From the NCBI GenBank assembly GCA_016748015.1, contig JAAOMT010000177.1:1-27954 (forward strand): a DNA stretch of 27,954 nucleotides. The letters run 5' to 3'. Source of the stretch: Geosiphon pyriformis uo1. Its lineage: Eukaryota > Fungi > Glomeromycota. A model generated the notes under the pieces. It was given only the letters and a program-made list of their open reading frames with translations. It was not told where the DNA came from and ran no database searches. Made by a program: the position numbers and the translations under genes. This document shows, piece after piece, positions 24,135-27,954 of the stretch (its first letter is position 1; every line of letters starts with the position of its first letter).

Positions 24135-24320
24135 ATGAAAGTCTTACAGTATTTCTTGGTAAACTTTATCGTCACTATTATTTTGTTCTATGGTCTCGCC
24201 TCAGCAATTCCAGCACCCAAAGAACTCGATAAACGCCGTGCTGCCCCTGTTGTCAACAATTTGGGTGGTCCTGCGCGCCCTCCGTTTCTTACTGAAATAC
24301 TCAAAATCAAAACTTCTTAG
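24135..24320 (+). CDS. Small secreted prepropeptide D, 61 aa; predicted mature (R)AAPVVNNLGGPARPPFLTEILKIKTS
   Basis: MKVLQYFLVNFIVTIILFYGLASA signal peptide, IPAPKELDKR pro-region; paralog of A-C. Confidence 0.85.
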   Translation: MKVLQYFLVNFIVTIILFYGLASAIPAPKELDKRRAAPVVNNLGGPARPPFLTEILKIKTS

Positions 24321-25839
24321 TAGTTTATAAAACTATTTACTTTTACTTTCAAATTGAGCCTCGATCAGGTGAAACCTAAAATAAATTTCATCTCCAAAAT
24401 GAAAATTTTAGATTCTCCAAATAGATAATTCTTTAGCTGTTAAAAAAGTTTTACTAGTCGCAACAAAATGAATTTTACACCCGTGTTGTTCTTCTAACAA
24501 AATATAAAGAAAAAGCTCCCTCACGGATAAAATTAGTAGCTCAGATTTTTCTTTGTTGATGGTTAGATTTTTGATTTTCTTGACAAAATTCATTAGTTTT
24601 ACACAAATTTCAGGATATCAACGTTTAAAAACAGAAAAAATAATTAGTAAAAGATAAAATATATTACACATATTATATTTAAAGCTTTAATAATAATTAA
24701 ATAGAAATTACTCATTTTATAACTGTGAGTTATCATTTTATTCTTGAATTTACCATTAAAAATTTAACCAATTTGAAAATGTAAAATTTCATTAAATGAT
24801 TTATGAATTATCGCTCCTTTTGAGTGCTAACACACCTGGGGAAAGAGTTGAACCAATTATTCAGTTAGACCAGTTTACCTTCATAATATATATAAAATTG
24901 TAAAAGAAGCTTCATTTTTGCAGATTAATACTTAAAAAAGCTAAACTCGTTTTATTTATTTTCGGACAAAATAAAATAATAATTTCTCGGAAAAATGTAT
25001 TATTTACATTCTTTTTCGGATATTTCCGGTTAAATGTCTAGAGGTTCCAAGCTCAAAAGCATTTATTATGATACAGTAGTACAAAAATGAAACACCCATA
25101 GGTTATAGAATTTAATCTTTTACATATTATAAAATTTTAATTCCAATTAAAAACACACACAGTATAAAAAAACTTGTTTTAAAGAATTCCTAGATTGGAA
25201 AGGTTAAAAAACTGCAATATTTTTGGCTTTCATTGCAGATTATTTGCTAAATACTAAAGGAAAATACTTTTGCATCCGAAAAAAACTTGAAAACTCATTT
25301 TATATTTAACGGAAAATCTTTTACATTGCTAAATTTGAAAAGATCATGTTAAAATGCAAGAACAAAATATTTTTTGAAGATTTGATTATTTTTATTTATC
25401 CTTGTTGAACTAGAATATGGATGATTTTCATAATATTTTAAATCCATGTTAAACAATGTAAATCTTTTGTGACTATTCCTTTAGAAATCTCTTATTAAAA
25501 AATAACCTTTAATTTAAACTGGTTTCTTATATACATGTCAAAATAAATCAAATATATTCTTTGAAAGGTTCCCGAAATTTTTGACCAAAGCCCATCTGAA
25601 ATAATGTAATCGCATTATATTTCATTACTATCACACTAGTCAATCAAGTGTATATCTTATTGACCCACCACAACAAATGGTAGCTTTGAATCTAGTTTTT
25701 CCGAAGATTTTCATAATAAATACAAAGATTTATTTCAAGTAATCCCGTTCAAATTTTACAGAAAAATATTTCAAGAGATTCAATTATAGCACTTTTTGGA
25801 TGGTTATTTATACCAGACTCATTGAAAAATAAATAACTA

Positions 25840-27162
25840 ATGAAAGGAATAGAATTTTCATTTCGTCTTATAAAGAAAAACCAATTTTTTTGGATTACTA
25901 TATTCTTATGCTTGACTTTTTCAGCTACAAATTCTTCTGCTGATGAGAAGGAACCCGAGTATCCCGACGCTCCATCATGGCAATTATTTTTTTCACCTGA
26001 AAATTTAGTCGACTGGCTCAGAAACGTTCCAATGAATTTAAGGCCTACTCAAACCCAAATAACAAAGAAAACAAGTTTATCATTTTTGTACAAGGTGACA
26101 AAATTGGCGCAGCAAATTTATTGCCTGAACAATCCAGAATCGATGATTGCGCCTGGAATATATGGTAAGTGAAAGAAACATGAGATTAAACTGAAATTAT
26201 ATTAAACGAAACTAATCGAAAGATAAAATTTCGAAAATTTAGTTTGGATATCTCCTCTCACTGAAAAAATTGATTCTCCACACCAAGATAAGATCTATGA
26301 GTATTATAAGGAAAAGTGGTCAGGTGACGCAGTAGTCGCAAGGTTTAGGACTCCAGATTTAAATTATAATGAACTTATTAGCATGGGCAAAAAGCCAAAA
26401 CGGATAGCTCTTCCTTATAATACACAAGCTATGATATTAGGAGACTTTTTCACAAAATATTGGGATCTTGCAAATAATCAGATCCTTGAAAGATTAAAAT
26501 ATTATGGAAATGGATATTTGGATGAATACGATAATTTTATTTTTACTGGACATGGCGGGGGAGCAGGTAAAAGTTTAAATAAGTAAAAGATGAATTTAAA
26601 TTATTTCCCTGCCGATTAATTTTTTATTTCAATTCTTTCATAGTATTGGCAACTTTCGCGGCATTAGTTTTCCAGCATAAGTGGCCTAAAAAGAATATAA
26701 AATTGGTAACCTATGGAGCTCCACGCATAGGAAATAGCCAGTTTGTAATGTATTTACAGTCACGATTCTGGGTTGAACGAGTAACAGTCGGTCAAGATCA
26801 TGTTCCTCTATTCTTTGGAAACAAATATTTAACTCACACTGCCTATGAAACTTGGATTGCTGAAAATGAAGATTGTGATTGTTCAGATGTTGACGAGAAC
26901 GTAAAAACAGAGATATACCGATGTACCATTTTAGTGGGTGGTGAGAATAAGGTTTGGTTGAGCTTTATACTTTGAGAGGGGGGATATAATAAATTCTATT
27001 TCTCTTTCTTTTTCTCTTTACTCACAATATTTATTCAAATTTCCCCAGAAATGTAACTTAAAATTCGAGAAACCAAAACGCGAGTTTCCAGAACAAAGAC
27101 AAACTGACCATTTAGGACCATATTTCAATTATATAATGTCTCCTGAAGGATGTAGGGGATAA
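25840..27162 (+). CDS. Secreted class-3 lipase-like alpha/beta hydrolase lacking catalytic Ser, ~356 aa; exons 25840-26164, 26243-26566, 26644-26951, 27049-27162
   Basis: Hydrophobic N-terminus FFWITIFLCLTFSA; FIFTGHGGGAVLA; VTYGAPRIGN; RVTVGQDHVP; KCN...DHLGPYFN. Three GT-AG introns give an intact 1071-nt frame; the last two intron positions correspond to those of the other lipase. Confidence 0.88.
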
Positions 27163-27954
27163 GTTTTACTTCTTGAAATTAAAAGAAACAGTTTTAAACT
27201 AAACTCAACATTACCACCTATCAAATCTCTGATTTATGCATGTTTCGACCTTGGAATTTTAATTTTTTCTCTAATAATTATATATTTCATGTTAAAAAAT
27301 TTTTATTTTCAAGCGAAAATTAATGATATCTCATCATATATTTGGCGAACAATTGTTGCATTTTATTATTTGAAAATTAATTAATTTAGTGTACATATTT
27401 GTTAAAAATATTTACGATAAGTCATTTTGTTCATAATTAAAAATATTTTTTATCATCTATATAGATATAAACTGTCATATTTTATGTTAATTAGTTTAAT
27501 TCATAAATTTTTAACAGAACAAAAATAAAACTATTTGCAATAAGAATTTAGGTCTTTTAGACGTTGAAATTCCAAAAGATCACTAGTTGATTAGACCATA
27601 AAAAATAGATACAATCATCGATCCTACTCCCTAAGATCAAAAAATTTGCTTATAGAAGTACTTTCTATAATATTATATTTCAATAACAAAATAGGGCAAT
27701 TTTCAAGTGAAGTAATTTATAAGATTGTAGAAAGTAACATACTATATATATTCATAAAAAAAATTATCTCCTGAAAAATTTTAGCTTTTACTTTATAATT
27801 GATCATAATTGATCATTTGTATTCAGGTTATCTGGGCTATGTTTTTTACTTTTTGATCTATTGATATATTTAAGTCTATAGTAAATAATATAAGTGGGAA
27901 ATTGGTTAGATTGAATGTCACATATTCCCCACTTTTAAATTTGTTTCATTTTTA

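Noticed and set aside
14279-24320. Peptides as KEP/dikaritin RiPP precursors or a-factor-like pheromones
   Set aside because: Single core without internal repeats, no CAAX ending, and no DUF3328 or other tailoring enzyme in the window.

Overview
Eukaryotic, intron-rich, very AT-rich fungal DNA. The kinase-relic type, AT-AC minor intron and divergent class-3 lipases point to Glomeromycota, possibly Geosiphon/Archaeosporales (inference). The first ~6.7 kb is a compact housekeeping block: MPP6-like exosome cofactor (+), DCP2 (-, 7 exons, including a clear U12-type AT-AC intron) and a PEBP/TFS1-family gene (+). The remaining ~21 kb is an AT-rich accessory region with decayed repeats and a kinase relic. 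It holds the most notable system: four paralogous intronless genes (58-62 aa, one missed by the ORF track) encoding signal peptide + LPTPNELDKR-type propeptide + Kex2-type site + a hypervariable 24-28 aa mature peptide, each behind a duplicated promoter module. Two of them are followed on the same strand by a secreted class-3 lipase-like gene whose catalytic Ser is replaced by Gly. All exon models were derived by hand; functions of the peptide/pseudolipase cluster are inference.
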